From Thermodesulfobacteriota bacterium (GTDB lineage Bacteria > Desulfobacterota > BSN033 > UBA1163), in contig JASEHH010000007.1 in the NCBI GenBank assembly GCA_030017685.1, positions 1,824 to 65,823 on the forward strand: DNA of 64,000 nucleotides, given 5' to 3'. The notes under the pieces were generated by a model. That model saw only the letters and a list, made by a program, of their open reading frames with translations. It was not told the DNA's origin and made no database searches. Numbering within the stretch: the stretch's first letter is position 1; each line of letters starts with the position of its first letter. The translations under genes and the position numbers were made by a program. Below are positions 45,811 to 56,031 of this stretch, one piece after another.

Positions 45811-47055
45811 TTGAAAGAGGCAGTCATTATTAGTGCAATCCGTACCCCTGTAGGGAGTTACATGGGAGCTTTTAAAGAAGTCCCGGCCTATGATCTGGCA
45901 GCTCTCGTTTTGAATGAAGCTGTGAAGAAAGCAAGAGTGAATTCAGCTGATGTGGATGAGGTCATTTTAGGCCAGTCCTATCAGAATGGTGAGTATGTCA
46001 ATATTGCCCGCATGGCACTATTGAAGGCTGGGTGGCCCGATTCCATTCCTGGTGTGGTCATGGATCGACGCTGTTGCACCGGACTGGATGTTGTCTGTTT
46101 TGCTGCGATGAAGATCCAATCCGGAAATGCGGATATTGTTGTGGCCGGGGGTGTTGAGAGCATGAGCACGGCTGAATTTTATGTCCCCGGAGATATCAAA
46201 TGGGGGATCGGAGGTAAAAGGGGGATGCCGAGAGGACACGGAGACCTCTCTCTCTGGGGCATACCCTTTTACGATCGAATTCAGAGAGCCCGGGTCATGT
46301 CCCAGCCTGAAGAGCGGTATGGGGTTCTCCCTTCCATGATGTCCTGGGCAGAGACGGCTGCAAAGGAGGAGGGGATCTCACGAGAAGAGTGTGACCAATG
46401 GTCTCTGGCGAGCCACCAAAAAGCCTGCGCAGCCATTAAGGCTGGCAAATTCAAAGAAGAGATTGTTCCCGTTCCAGTTTCCCGGGGCAAAGGGGATGTT
46501 GTGATCGTGGATCAAGATGAAGGCCCCAGGCCAGATACTTCATTGGAAAAACTATCTCAGCTTAAACCTGTGTTAGGAGGGGTCTGCACGGCGGGGAATT
46601 CATCATCCGAAAACGATGGAGCGGCTGCAGTGGTTGTGACATCGAAGGAGAAGGCAAAAGAACTCGGCCTTGAGCCACTCGGCAAGTTGAGATCCTTTGC
46701 TGTGGTCGGGGACGATCCCAGGCGGACATATAAAACCATACCGAAGGCAGTCATCAAAGCGCTTCAAAAGGCTAATCTTACCCCTGATCAGATGGACCTC
46801 ATTGAGATTCAGGAGACATTTGCCGCACAGGTGCTGGCTGATTTAAAGGAAATGGGTATGACAAAAAAGGATTATCCTAAGATAAATGTAAATGGTTCAG
46901 GCATCTCCTTAGGCCATCCCATTGCCTGTACAGGGACCAGGGTATTGGTCACCTTGCTGAATGAGATGAAGAGAAGAGACATTAGATTTGGCTTAGAATG
47001 TATCTGTGGCGGAGGCGGACTGGGTATAGCAGCGATCTTTGAAAGAAGTCAATGA
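45811..47055 (+). CDS. acetyl-CoA C-acyltransferase (thiolase), TTG start
   Basis: AVIISAIRTPVGSY, NGSGISLGHPIACTG and CGGGGLGIAAIFE motifs. Confidence 0.85.
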   Translation: MKEAVIISAIRTPVGSYMGAFKEVPAYDLAALVLNEAVKKARVNSADVDEVILGQSYQNGEYVNIARMALLKAGWPDSIPGVVMDRRCCTGLDVVCFAAMKIQSGNADIVVAGGVESMSTAEFYVPGDIKWGIGGKRGMPRGHGDLSLWGIPFYDRIQRARVMSQPEERYGVLPSMMSWAETAAKEEGISREECDQWSLASHQKACAAIKAGKFKEEIVPVPVSRGKGDVVIVDQDEGPRPDTSLEKLSQLKPVLGGVCTAGNSSSENDGAAAVVVTSKEKAKELGLEPLGKLRSFAVVGDDPRRTYKTIPKAVIKALQKANLTPDQMDLIEIQETFAAQVLADLKEMGMTKKDYPKINVNGSGISLGHPIACTGTRVLVTLLNEMKRRDIRFGLECICGGGGLGIAAIFERSQ

Positions 47056-47124
47056 TAGAAATTTAAGATCGAATCGATCAAGAAAAGCCCTGGTCGATTG
47101 ATCAGCAGGAAAAGTGAGTGGATT

Positions 47125-47358
47125 ATGTTCTTCGAACTGAATGATGAGCAGAAGGAGTTTCAAAGAAAGGTTCGGGAAATTTACGAGAGAGAAGTAGGCC
47201 CTCTGGTCGAGGAGTACGGGAAAAAGGAGGCCTTCCCGATTCAACTCTTCCGAATACTGGGGGAAGAAAGACTTCTGTGTCTCCGGTGTCCCGAGAAATA
47301 TGGCGGGCCTGGTTTGGAAAAGATTTCTGAATGTATCTCGAGGGAGTTGGGGCTTTAG
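47125..47358 (+). pseudogene. N-terminal remnant (about 75 aa) of an acyl-CoA dehydrogenase gene
   Basis: MFFELNDEQKEFQRKVREIYEREVGPLVEEYGKKEAFP is a typical ACAD N-terminal domain start. The ORF stops after 77 codons. Confidence 0.5.
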
Positions 47359-47368
47359 GGGGAAGAGG

Positions 47369-48217
47369 ATGGATTTTGAATTATCCGATGAGCAGAAGGA
47401 TGTTCAAAAAGCGGCGATGGAGTTTTCCAAAGGGGAGTTCGATCCGGATCTTGCCCTGGAACTGGATCGGAACGGGCAGTTCCCAGAATTGATATGGAAG
47501 AAGGCCTGCCAGTTAGGATTCATTGGGATTCATTATCCTGAGGAGTTTGGAGGTCAGGGGTTGGGCCTCTTTGAGACTCTTCTGGTCATCGAAGCATTCT
47601 GCAGGGTTGACTCTGGAATTGGGGGCGCTCTGAGCACTGTAGATTTGGGCTCAGAGGTCATTCTAAAATTCGGTTCCCATGAACAGAAAAAAGATTTTCT
47701 TCTTCCCTTGGCAAGAGGAGAGAAAAGGTTGAGCGTTGCCTTTGCCGAATCGGAAGATGGGAAAGACCTCTCCTCCGTCTCCACTGTTGCAGAGAGAAGG
47801 GGTGAGGGGTACCTCATCCATGGGAGAAAAAGGTTTGTGCTCAATGTTTCTTTATCAGATGCCTTCATCAATCGTTGCAAGGAGCCCAAAGAAGGGTGGA
47901 TCACTTTGATTGTAAAGAAAGAAAATGGTGGGATGGAAGTCCATCCTATTGAGAAGATGGGGTTGAGGATGATTCCATTTGGAGATCTTCACTTCAAAGA
48001 AGTACGGGTGCCCCTTGAGAGTCGGGTGGGACGTGAAGATGAAGGGAGGGTCCATGCTCACCACTGCCATCAGGCGATGGAACTCAAAAGCGTTGCTAAA
48101 TCTTTCTCCTTCCCGCCCTACTCTAAATTATTTGGGGGGAAGTGTCTCACTTTCATTGGCACAGAGGGTAAGCGGCGGGGAATAAGCCCTAAAGTGATTC
48201 AAGGAGGTACAAGATGA
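47369..48217 (+). pseudogene. acyl-CoA dehydrogenase lacking a recognisable C-terminal catalytic domain (truncated or degenerate)
   Basis: It starts MDFELSDEQKDVQKAAMEF with good N-terminal and middle domains (GFIGIHYPEEFGGQG...AFAESEDGKD). After about 230 aa the sequence loses ACAD character (..GRVHAHHCHQAMELKS..) and ends at 283 aa. Confidence 0.45.
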
Positions 48218-49344
48218 TTGATTTTTCGTTTACTAAAGAGCAAGAGGAGTTCAGGGAAAAGGTAAGGGAGTTTGCCCAGAAAGAGGTAGAGCCAAGAAGG
48301 AAAGAATGGGATAGAGAGGGAAAATCGGCCCTGCCCATAAACGAGAGGCTTGCAGCATGGGGCCTTTTAACAGCGGATATGGACAATATCACCAGGGGCA
48401 TCCTTACGGAAGAGGTCGCTTATGTGGACTTTAACAGCGCCATGCCCTTAGTGTGGGCTACCATGCCATTTGTTTTACATCAACTCCCCGGAGTGCCGGA
48501 AGAGGTTAAAAAGCCGATCCAGGAAGGGATACTGAGTGGCAAGAGCTTTCTTGCGCTCTGTTTCGCTGAGTCGGGTGCGGGTACGGATATGGCCGGAATC
48601 AAGACCTCGGCAGTGAGGGATGATGAAGGATGGGTCATAAACGGCACCAAGAATACCATTAGCTGGGTGAATGCCGATTACTATTTTGTCTGTGCCAAGA
48701 CGGGAGATGAGGAAGAAGGGATATGGGCCCTAACCAATTTTCTGGTGCCTGCCTCTTTTCCCGGTGTCAGCAAACCCAAGATATGGAAGGATATGGGATC
48801 TAAGGGGGCGGTTCGAGGTACGGTCAATTTTACGAATGTGAGGGTCCCGTTGAACTATATGATCGGGGAGATGGGCAAGGGTTATCTTTTGGCTGCAGAG
48901 TTCTTTGACACCAATCGTGCGTTTATCGGCCTAAAATGCATTGGAGCGGCCCAGGCCTCTGTGGACGAGTCATGTCTATATGCCAAAAAGAGGGGAGTTA
49001 TGGGGAAGCCTATCGCCGGATATCAGGCCATCAGTTTCCCCCTTGCCGAGGCCCAAACCCTGCTCGAAGCAGCCAGGTTGTTGTGCTACAAGACACTCTG
49101 GATGGCGGATAAGGGAGTACGGCACACCACCGAAGGGGCTATGTGCAAGTGGTGGATTCCGGAGATCACCTTTGAGATCGTGCGCAAGGGCCTCCTTACA
49201 CATGGTCAGTATGGCTATACCGAAGAACTTCCTTTTGAACAGAGGCTGAGGGACATCCTCGGCTGGCAGATAGGTGATGGCACGGCGGAACCGTCCAAAC
49301 TCCTGATTGCCAGGAGTATGATGGGCAAAGAGTATGTGGGCTAA
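48214..49344 (+). CDS. acyl-CoA dehydrogenase (intact)
   Basis: 376 aa and complete through the C-terminal domain (...ILGWQIGDGTAE). Confidence 0.85.
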   Translation: MIDFSFTKEQEEFREKVREFAQKEVEPRRKEWDREGKSALPINERLAAWGLLTADMDNITRGILTEEVAYVDFNSAMPLVWATMPFVLHQLPGVPEEVKKPIQEGILSGKSFLALCFAESGAGTDMAGIKTSAVRDDEGWVINGTKNTISWVNADYYFVCAKTGDEEEGIWALTNFLVPASFPGVSKPKIWKDMGSKGAVRGTVNFTNVRVPLNYMIGEMGKGYLLAAEFFDTNRAFIGLKCIGAAQASVDESCLYAKKRGVMGKPIAGYQAISFPLAEAQTLLEAARLLCYKTLWMADKGVRHTTEGAMCKWWIPEITFEIVRKGLLTHGQYGYTEELPFEQRLRDILGWQIGDGTAEPSKLLIARSMMGKEYVG

Positions 49345-49629
49345 ATAAAAGGATAAGGAATGACCGTTTTTGGCTACGTAGTGGAATTAAGTTAAGCAGA
49401 TTTTGTGTGGGGTTTTTTTCATCCTGATTTAATCTAATCCTAATTAATGCCAAAAACTAAAAATTGAGGGAAAGGGGGTTATTGTCCCCCTGGAGATTTA
49501 TTCAACTAACATTTGGACAGTAGTGGTATTCCATTATTATTGAATAAAATCATTTTAGAGTAAAACTTGCCAAGTTACCAGAACTATTTAATTTTTAAAG
49601 ATTATCATAACAGGATCTAAAAGAGAAAC

Positions 49630-50511
49630 ATGTACCGCAACTTTGAAGAAATCTTGACAAAGGCAAAAGAACGAGGCCCTTGTAGGGTTTCCATCCTCTT
49701 CCCTGATGACCCGGATATCATGCGGGTGGCAGTAGATGGAATGAGGGAGAAACTGATTGAACCGGTTTTGGTGGGCCATTATAATCGGATCAAGGCAATA
49801 GCCCAGGAGGCAAATTTGCCTCTAAGCAAAATAGAGATTCGGGAAAAGAAAGATCCTCAGGAAGCGGCCAATTTATGTTTGGATATGGCGAAGAAAGGGG
49901 AAGTTACCTTCGTGGTCAAGGGCAATATTTTGACGACATATCTTTATAAGGCATTGATCAGGATTACCAAGAAGTTCTCGCTTGATCAGATACCTTGCGC
50001 ACTCTGTTTCCATCACATCGCGGGTATTGAGAAGATCTTTGTCATTACTGACGGTGGAGTAAACATCCACCCCAATCTCGAAACGAAAAAGAAGATTCTC
50101 GCCAACGCCATAAGCGTATTACAGAGGCTGGGTTGTAAACGACCTCGAATAATGATCCTTGCCGCCCCTCGCTTCCTTGATGAAGCCTCTTCTTATTCTC
50201 GGGATGCTGACATTCTTCGAAGACTGAGCCTGGGGGGAGACCTGGGCCAGTGTGAGATAGATATTGCTAAAAATCTCCACGAGGCCTTCCCTGACAGGTC
50301 CATACGAACGGAGACATTCCCTGACGTTTTTCTGGTTCCCAATATCGAAACTGGAAACATCCTGGTCAAGAGTATTGATCATCTGGGCATAGGCATACGC
50401 CAATGTGTGACGGTCGGAGCAGGTATATTTGTCCTTACCCCCTCACGATCAGATGGATATGAGGCCCGTATGATGAATTTATCACTGGGAATCGTCCTTG
50501 CCACATCATGA
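49630..50511 (+). CDS. ptb: phosphate butyryltransferase / phosphotransacylase (PTA_PTB family)
   Basis: 293 aa in the PTA_PTB fold, followed by a second ptb-like gene and a butyrate kinase. Confidence 0.75.
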   Translation: MYRNFEEILTKAKERGPCRVSILFPDDPDIMRVAVDGMREKLIEPVLVGHYNRIKAIAQEANLPLSKIEIREKKDPQEAANLCLDMAKKGEVTFVVKGNILTTYLYKALIRITKKFSLDQIPCALCFHHIAGIEKIFVITDGGVNIHPNLETKKKILANAISVLQRLGCKRPRIMILAAPRFLDEASSYSRDADILRRLSLGGDLGQCEIDIAKNLHEAFPDRSIRTETFPDVFLVPNIETGNILVKSIDHLGIGIRQCVTVGAGIFVLTPSRSDGYEARMMNLSLGIVLATS

Positions 50512-50518
50512 GAGGTAG

Positions 50519-51400
50519 TTGGAGATGGATCTCGATTTTAATGCCGTGATAGGGTTTGCCAGGCAAGGTGGAAAGAAGAAGGTAGTGATCTCCGGTCAAA
50601 AAGATCTGGCAGCTCTGGCTTCTCTCTCTGAGGCGAAAAGAGAAGGTTGGGTAGAACCCCTTGCAATCGGTCGCTCCTTTGCAGATATGGATGGGGAGAT
50701 GGAGATTGCTTTCTCTTCGGTCGATGTTGATGAGGCAAGGCTTAGGGCCCTGAACCTCATTCAATCCGGTAAAGCAGAAATCCTCATGGACACGGGTCCA
50801 TTGGAGAAAAGATTTTTCTCATTACTCTTTGATCAAATCAAGGGAATCGGTGGAGGTGAGATAATAAGCTATGTAAGCCTTTTGATACCTCCAGGAACAG
50901 GTCGACTCACTTTATTCACCGATACCCTGATCCACCGCTCTCCCAGGCTGAAAGATAAGGTGGGTATTGTGGAGAATGTCATAAAGTTTGCGGGGAGACT
51001 GGGAATTGAGAGGCCCAAGGTCGCGGCCCTGGCTCCCCTGGAGCTGGTTAATCCGGCTTTGGAATCGACCCTGGATGCAGCCATTCTATCAAAGATGTCA
51101 GAACGGGGCCAGTTTGGTCAGGCTATCGTTGAGGGGCCACTGGCGATGGACAACGCAGCCTCTGCTTCTGCAGCCCGCCACAAAGGGATCATGAGCGTGG
51201 TGCCAGGGAATGTGGATATCTACCTCTTCCCCGATCTGGAATCGGCTCACCTGACAGCCCAATTTTTGGCCTGGGTGGGGCGTCTCCAATTTGGGGGAAT
51301 ACTCCTTGGAACACCATTTCCCATTGCTATTCGATCTCCTTTGGAGCGACCTGACTCCTGGCTTATCAACCTGGCCTTGGCCTGCTCCTCGAAGGGATGA
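50519..51400 (+). CDS. second phosphotransacylase paralog (PTA_PTB family)
   Basis: 293 aa and distantly similar to the preceding gene. Confidence 0.7.
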   Translation: MEMDLDFNAVIGFARQGGKKKVVISGQKDLAALASLSEAKREGWVEPLAIGRSFADMDGEMEIAFSSVDVDEARLRALNLIQSGKAEILMDTGPLEKRFFSLLFDQIKGIGGGEIISYVSLLIPPGTGRLTLFTDTLIHRSPRLKDKVGIVENVIKFAGRLGIERPKVAALAPLELVNPALESTLDAAILSKMSERGQFGQAIVEGPLAMDNAASASAARHKGIMSVVPGNVDIYLFPDLESAHLTAQFLAWVGRLQFGGILLGTPFPIAIRSPLERPDSWLINLALACSSKG

Positions 51401-51403
51401 GGA

Positions 51404-52474
51404 ATGTTTCGAATCCTTGTGATCAATGTCGGCTCAACCTCCCTGAAGATAGGGGTCTTTTCTAATAATAAACCTCTCTTTAAAGAGACTGTAGATTGTG
51501 GAGGGAAAGAATCGAAAAAAACGGAGGAGATAAATGAGCAAATTCTCTATTACCGGAAGGTGATTGACAAAATTTTATCCAGTCACAGTGAGATTGAAAA
51601 TAAGTTTGATCTGATCGTAAGCCGAGGAGGCTTAACCCGTCCTCTTAAGAGTGGAGCCTACCTCATTAATGAGGCCATGTGCAGGGATTTGAGGACAGGG
51701 AGGTATGGCTTTCATCCAAGCAACTTTGGACCCCTATTGGCCCATGAGATCGCTTCGAGAATGGGCACCCAGGCCATCATCTTTGATTCACCGGTGACAG
51801 ATGAAATGAAACCCATTGCCAGGATATCGGGATTAAAAGGGATCGAGCGGAGGGCTGGATTTCATGTTCTCAGTCAAAAGGCAGCCGGAAGGAAAGCGGC
51901 CAGAGAATTAAGGGCCCTCTATGAGAATCTGAATCTCGTCATTGCCCATTTAGGGGGAGGAATTACCATCTGCGCCCATCAAAAAGGTAGAATCATCGAT
52001 GGGACACATGGTCTCAGTGAGGGGCCTTTTACTCCCCAGCGAACAGGGGCCCTTCCTCTGGAAGCTGTGATTGAGCTCTCTTTTTCAGGCCGATTTGCAA
52101 CGGAAGGAGAGTTAGGGGCCTATCTTTTGGGCAATGGGGGCCTGATATCTTATCTGGGCACATATGATATACCCGAGATTGAGGCACAGATCAGATCCGG
52201 AGATAAAGAGGCGGATCTGATACTCCGGGCGATGTGCTATCAAATAGGAAAAGAGATTGGAGCAATGGCTGCGGTTCTAAAGGGAAGGGCAGATGCGATC
52301 GTCCTGACAGGAAATATGTGTTATTCGTCATTCATCGTGAATGAGATTAAATCTTATATCGATTTTCTTGCCCCTGTTTATGTATTTCCCGGTGATGATG
52401 AGCTCGAAAATTTAGCCCTTGGAGGCTTAGCGGTTTTGAAGTCTGGGGATTTTCCCTCTATTCAAAAATATTAA
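51404..52474 (+). CDS. buk: butyrate kinase (acetate/butyrate kinase family)
   Basis: MFRILVINVGSTSLKIGVF, HLGGGITICAH and the C-terminal glycine-rich motif. Confidence 0.85.
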   Translation: MFRILVINVGSTSLKIGVFSNNKPLFKETVDCGGKESKKTEEINEQILYYRKVIDKILSSHSEIENKFDLIVSRGGLTRPLKSGAYLINEAMCRDLRTGRYGFHPSNFGPLLAHEIASRMGTQAIIFDSPVTDEMKPIARISGLKGIERRAGFHVLSQKAAGRKAARELRALYENLNLVIAHLGGGITICAHQKGRIIDGTHGLSEGPFTPQRTGALPLEAVIELSFSGRFATEGELGAYLLGNGGLISYLGTYDIPEIEAQIRSGDKEADLILRAMCYQIGKEIGAMAAVLKGRADAIVLTGNMCYSSFIVNEIKSYIDFLAPVYVFPGDDELENLALGGLAVLKSGDFPSIQKY

Positions 52475-52500
52475 GTCATCATTCATTGAGGGGGTAAAAA

Positions 52501-52938
52501 ATGCTATTTCAGGAATGTCTCTGTTTTATTGTTGGGAAGGCTTCAAGAAACATGGTTAAGATCGTGAGGGATAAGGTTTCACCCTATGGCCTTACCCCTA
52601 CCCAGTTCTTCTTATTAATCGCCCTCTATGAAGAAAATGGAATCCTCATTACCGCACTGGCAAAGAAGGTAGCCCTGGACAAATCCACGCTGACCAGTCT
52701 CTTAGATCATTTGGAACGGAATGAGCTGATCCAGAGGAGCGCCCATCCCACGGACAGGAGGATCATACAGATTTATCTGACTCCGAAGGCAGAAGCCATG
52801 AGGGAAGATCTAATCCGAATTTATCACGAAATCAATGGACTCTTTCTCTCTCGATTGGCACCAGAAGAGCTGAAAATTTTTGAAGGGATTATTAATAAAC
52901 TCGAAATCGGGAAACAGGAGAGTGAAGAAGAGATTTAA
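52501..52938 (+). CDS. MarR family transcriptional regulator
   Basis: LTPTQFFLLIALYEENGILITALAKKVALDKSTLTSLLDHLERNELIQRSAHPTDRR. Confidence 0.8.
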   Translation: MLFQECLCFIVGKASRNMVKIVRDKVSPYGLTPTQFFLLIALYEENGILITALAKKVALDKSTLTSLLDHLERNELIQRSAHPTDRRIIQIYLTPKAEAMREDLIRIYHEINGLFLSRLAPEELKIFEGIINKLEIGKQESEEEI

Positions 52939-53370
52939 ATGCATCCCAACTCATTCTTATTTTTTGGAAGGGATTTAAGCAAGTTTAGAGAGGTGATGGA
53001 AGGGTCAATCCTTCCCCCCAATGCTTTACTTCTGGGTTTAGATGGGGCTGTGCTTTTATCGATACCGGAGTGGAAAGGGTTTCCCAATTTTTTTGAAGAA
53101 GGGAATAAGGGTTTTGACCATCTTGCCCACTGGGAAAACCATTTCCTGGGTGGAGAGCTCTTCTGCATAGTGCTTGATATCAAATGGAGTAATGGCCATC
53201 ATTTGAAATTGGGTTTCATCTATCCCCACTACAGAAGGATTCTGTTTCACATCTGGAAAAATAAGAGGATAGGCCTTCTGGATAAGCCTTTGAAGAATGG
53301 GACCCCGGATCCTAAATCAAGGTGTATCCTTGTAAAAAACCTTCCGGCCTGGAGCACCGAGGTGGTTTGA
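52939..53370 (+). CDS. hypothetical protein
   Basis: A 143-aa ORF with no recognised family. Confidence 0.35.
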   Translation: MHPNSFLFFGRDLSKFREVMEGSILPPNALLLGLDGAVLLSIPEWKGFPNFFEEGNKGFDHLAHWENHFLGGELFCIVLDIKWSNGHHLKLGFIYPHYRRILFHIWKNKRIGLLDKPLKNGTPDPKSRCILVKNLPAWSTEVV

Positions 53371-53422
53371 TCGATGAGGGATAGGACCTTGGCAAGGTTG
53401 AGAATTTGGAGGATTAATTTTT

Positions 53423-55507
53423 ATGGATAAATTGTTTTCTCCCCAAAGGGTAGCAGTGATTGGAGTTTCAGACCAGCCGGAAAACTTGGCAAGGCACATC
53501 GTTGAAAATCTCTTCAAATTTGGTTTTCCGGGAGAAGTCTACATGGTGGGGAAGTCTCAAGGAGTCATTTTCGGGCAGAGAATTCTCTCCTCTGTCAGTG
53601 AGCTACCCTTAGGTTTGGATTTGGCCATTGTCCTCACCCCCGCCCATACTGTCCCAGGAATTATAGAAGAATGTGGGTTAAAGGAAATACCATGGGTTGT
53701 CGTAGAGAGTGGTGGTTTTGGTGAATACTCTGAGGAAGGAAAGAAAATCGAGGAGGACCTCCTAACCGCTGCTCGAAAATGGGGGATGAGGATTGTGGGG
53801 CCCAATGGCATCGGAGTAATGAACCCAGGTTATGGCCTGGTCTGCCCCTTCTTTCCCATCCATAACGAAGCGCTCAAACCGGGCAAAGTGGCTGTACTCT
53901 CCCAAAGCGGAGGCGCCCTTTTGGCCCTTCTCAACCTCCTCGGAAGTGGGAATATCGGGATCAGCAAAGCCATAAGCATGGGAAACAAACTGGACTTGAA
54001 TGAAGTGGACTACCTAAAATATCTCATAGAGGATCGAGAGACCGAAATTATAGCGATCTATCTCGAAAGCATCGCCGATGGCCGCAGATTCATGGAAATT
54101 GCCCGAGGATGCCAAAAACCTATTATTCTTCAAAAGGTCAATACCTCATCATCAAGCGCCGAGATTGCCCGGTTTCATACCTCGGCCTTAGCAGGGGATG
54201 ACAGGGTATTGGATGCGGTGATGAGGCAGTGTGGGGTCATAAGGGTAAAGGACTTTCGAAGCATGGTGAACCATGTCAAGGTCTTCAGCCTCCCTCCGAT
54301 GAAGGGGAATCGGTTGGTCATCATCTCCCGTTCCGGTGGAATGGCCATTGTTGCTGCCGATCTGGCAGAGGAGTGTGGATTTCATCTGGCACCCCTTTCC
54401 AATGCCTTTCTTGAGAAGGTCCAGAGTTCTTTCCGAGCCAAGGTGATTCGACCGACCAATCCATTGGATTTGGGAGACCTATTTGATTTTAAATTTTACA
54501 CCGAGATTGCGGAGGAAGTTTTGAGAGGGCCGGGTGTGGATGGCATTCTCTTTCAGCATGCCTTTGCGCCAGGCCAGGAGACGGAGAAGTCCATCAAACT
54601 GGCAAATGCTCTTCACCACCTTTCAGAAACTTATAAAAAACCTCTCGCCATCTGTTATCTTTCTGATGAGCGGGGCATGGCCTTTGTGAAGAAGTCTGTG
54701 ACATTTCCACTCTTCACCGAGCCAGGGGAGGCCCTTCCAGCCCTGGCTTCGTATTATAGACATTGTCAGAGAATAAAGAGTTCCGAGGACTCTAAACATC
54801 CATCTTTAAGGAATGATAAAATTCAATCCCTCATTGAGAATCTATCCCAATGTGAAGGCAGACTCCTGCTCCACGAAGCCTTAGAGATTGTGGCAGCTTC
54901 TGGGATCGACGTTGCTCCATATTCCCTTGCAAACGATCCGGAGGAAGCCCTGAGAAAGGCTCGTGAGTTGGGTTATCCAGTGGTATTAAAGCTCAATCTT
55001 CCCAGTATTCTCCATAAGACGGAATTGAATGGTTTAATATTAAACATCCAGGATGAAGATCAACTGCGGATTGGATTTCACGAGATGATGGAGAGGTCAA
55101 AGAAAGGACGATCAGATCACTCCTCTTCAGGTCTTCTCATACAGAAGATGGTCACGGGTGGAAAGGAATTGATCCTGGGAGGGAAACACGATCCAAGTTT
55201 TGGACCAATCGTTCTCATTGGGCTGGGAGGAATTTACGCTGAGATCTTCAAGGATATTTCCCTTCGAGCAGCCCCTATTACTGAAAGAGAGGCCATCGAG
55301 ATGATCGAAGAGTTAAAGGGGATCGAAATCCTCCAGGGAACGAGGGGGAGTTTCCCCTCGGATTTGGGATCTATTAAAGAAGCCCTTTTAAAGCTCTCCC
55401 AACTGATGGTTGGTTTCCCCCAGATCAAAGGGATCGATATTAATCCTCTGATTGTATTGGAAAAAGGGGATGGATCCATGGCTGTGGACGCCCGAATCAT
55501 CTTTTAG
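53423..55507 (+). CDS. ADP-forming acyl-CoA synthetase (fused CoA-binding, ligase and ATP-grasp domains)
   Basis: RVAVIGVSDQPENLARHI (CoA-binding), GPNGIGVMNP...VAVLSQSGG and a C-terminal ATP-grasp (YPVVLKL). Confidence 0.85.
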   Translation: MDKLFSPQRVAVIGVSDQPENLARHIVENLFKFGFPGEVYMVGKSQGVIFGQRILSSVSELPLGLDLAIVLTPAHTVPGIIEECGLKEIPWVVVESGGFGEYSEEGKKIEEDLLTAARKWGMRIVGPNGIGVMNPGYGLVCPFFPIHNEALKPGKVAVLSQSGGALLALLNLLGSGNIGISKAISMGNKLDLNEVDYLKYLIEDRETEIIAIYLESIADGRRFMEIARGCQKPIILQKVNTSSSSAEIARFHTSALAGDDRVLDAVMRQCGVIRVKDFRSMVNHVKVFSLPPMKGNRLVIISRSGGMAIVAADLAEECGFHLAPLSNAFLEKVQSSFRAKVIRPTNPLDLGDLFDFKFYTEIAEEVLRGPGVDGILFQHAFAPGQETEKSIKLANALHHLSETYKKPLAICYLSDERGMAFVKKSVTFPLFTEPGEALPALASYYRHCQRIKSSEDSKHPSLRNDKIQSLIENLSQCEGRLLLHEALEIVAASGIDVAPYSLANDPEEALRKARELGYPVVLKLNLPSILHKTELNGLILNIQDEDQLRIGFHEMMERSKKGRSDHSSSGLLIQKMVTGGKELILGGKHDPSFGPIVLIGLGGIYAEIFKDISLRAAPITEREAIEMIEELKGIEILQGTRGSFPSDLGSIKEALLKLSQLMVGFPQIKGIDINPLIVLEKGDGSMAVDARIIF

Positions 55508-55583
55508 ATGAGTACTTGGGGAAAGGTGTCCAATCTAACGAGAATGGAGGAATTTACTTTTACACCCTAAAGGAGGTGATATC

Positions 55584-55988
55584 ATGGCCAGGATGCCAAG
55601 GGAGGTTATGGATGTTTTCAATGATCCCAGAAGTGCAAAGGTTTTAGCCACAGCAGGCACTATTTTAGAAATCAATGTGGTTCCGAAGGGAAGTCTGAGG
55701 GCAATAGATGAAGAGACCTTAGCCTTTGCTGACATTTTTGGGGACAAAACAAACAAGAATCTGGAGGTCAATAAAAAGGTGGCGGTTCTTGCCTTTAAGA
55801 TGGATCCCGTTTCGGGTTATCAGATAAAGGGTACCCTTCAGGGATTTCAGACCTCGGGTGAACTGTTTGATAAATTTGCGAAGGAGATAAGAGGGAGGAT
55901 AAAGTTGGATATGAGGGCGGTAGGCACCATAAGGGTTGATGAGGTTTATGCCGTAGCCCCGCCCCATCCAGGCAGAAAGATTGCCTGA
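55584..55988 (+). CDS. pyridoxamine-5'-phosphate-oxidase-like FMN-binding split-barrel protein
   Basis: Only the overall pattern was recognised. Low specificity. Confidence 0.5.
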   Translation: MARMPREVMDVFNDPRSAKVLATAGTILEINVVPKGSLRAIDEETLAFADIFGDKTNKNLEVNKKVAVLAFKMDPVSGYQIKGTLQGFQTSGELFDKFAKEIRGRIKLDMRAVGTIRVDEVYAVAPPHPGRKIA

Positions 55989-56031
55989 TGGTTATACGTG
56001 ACAGGAAAAAATTTCTTTTGAGAGGGAAAAG

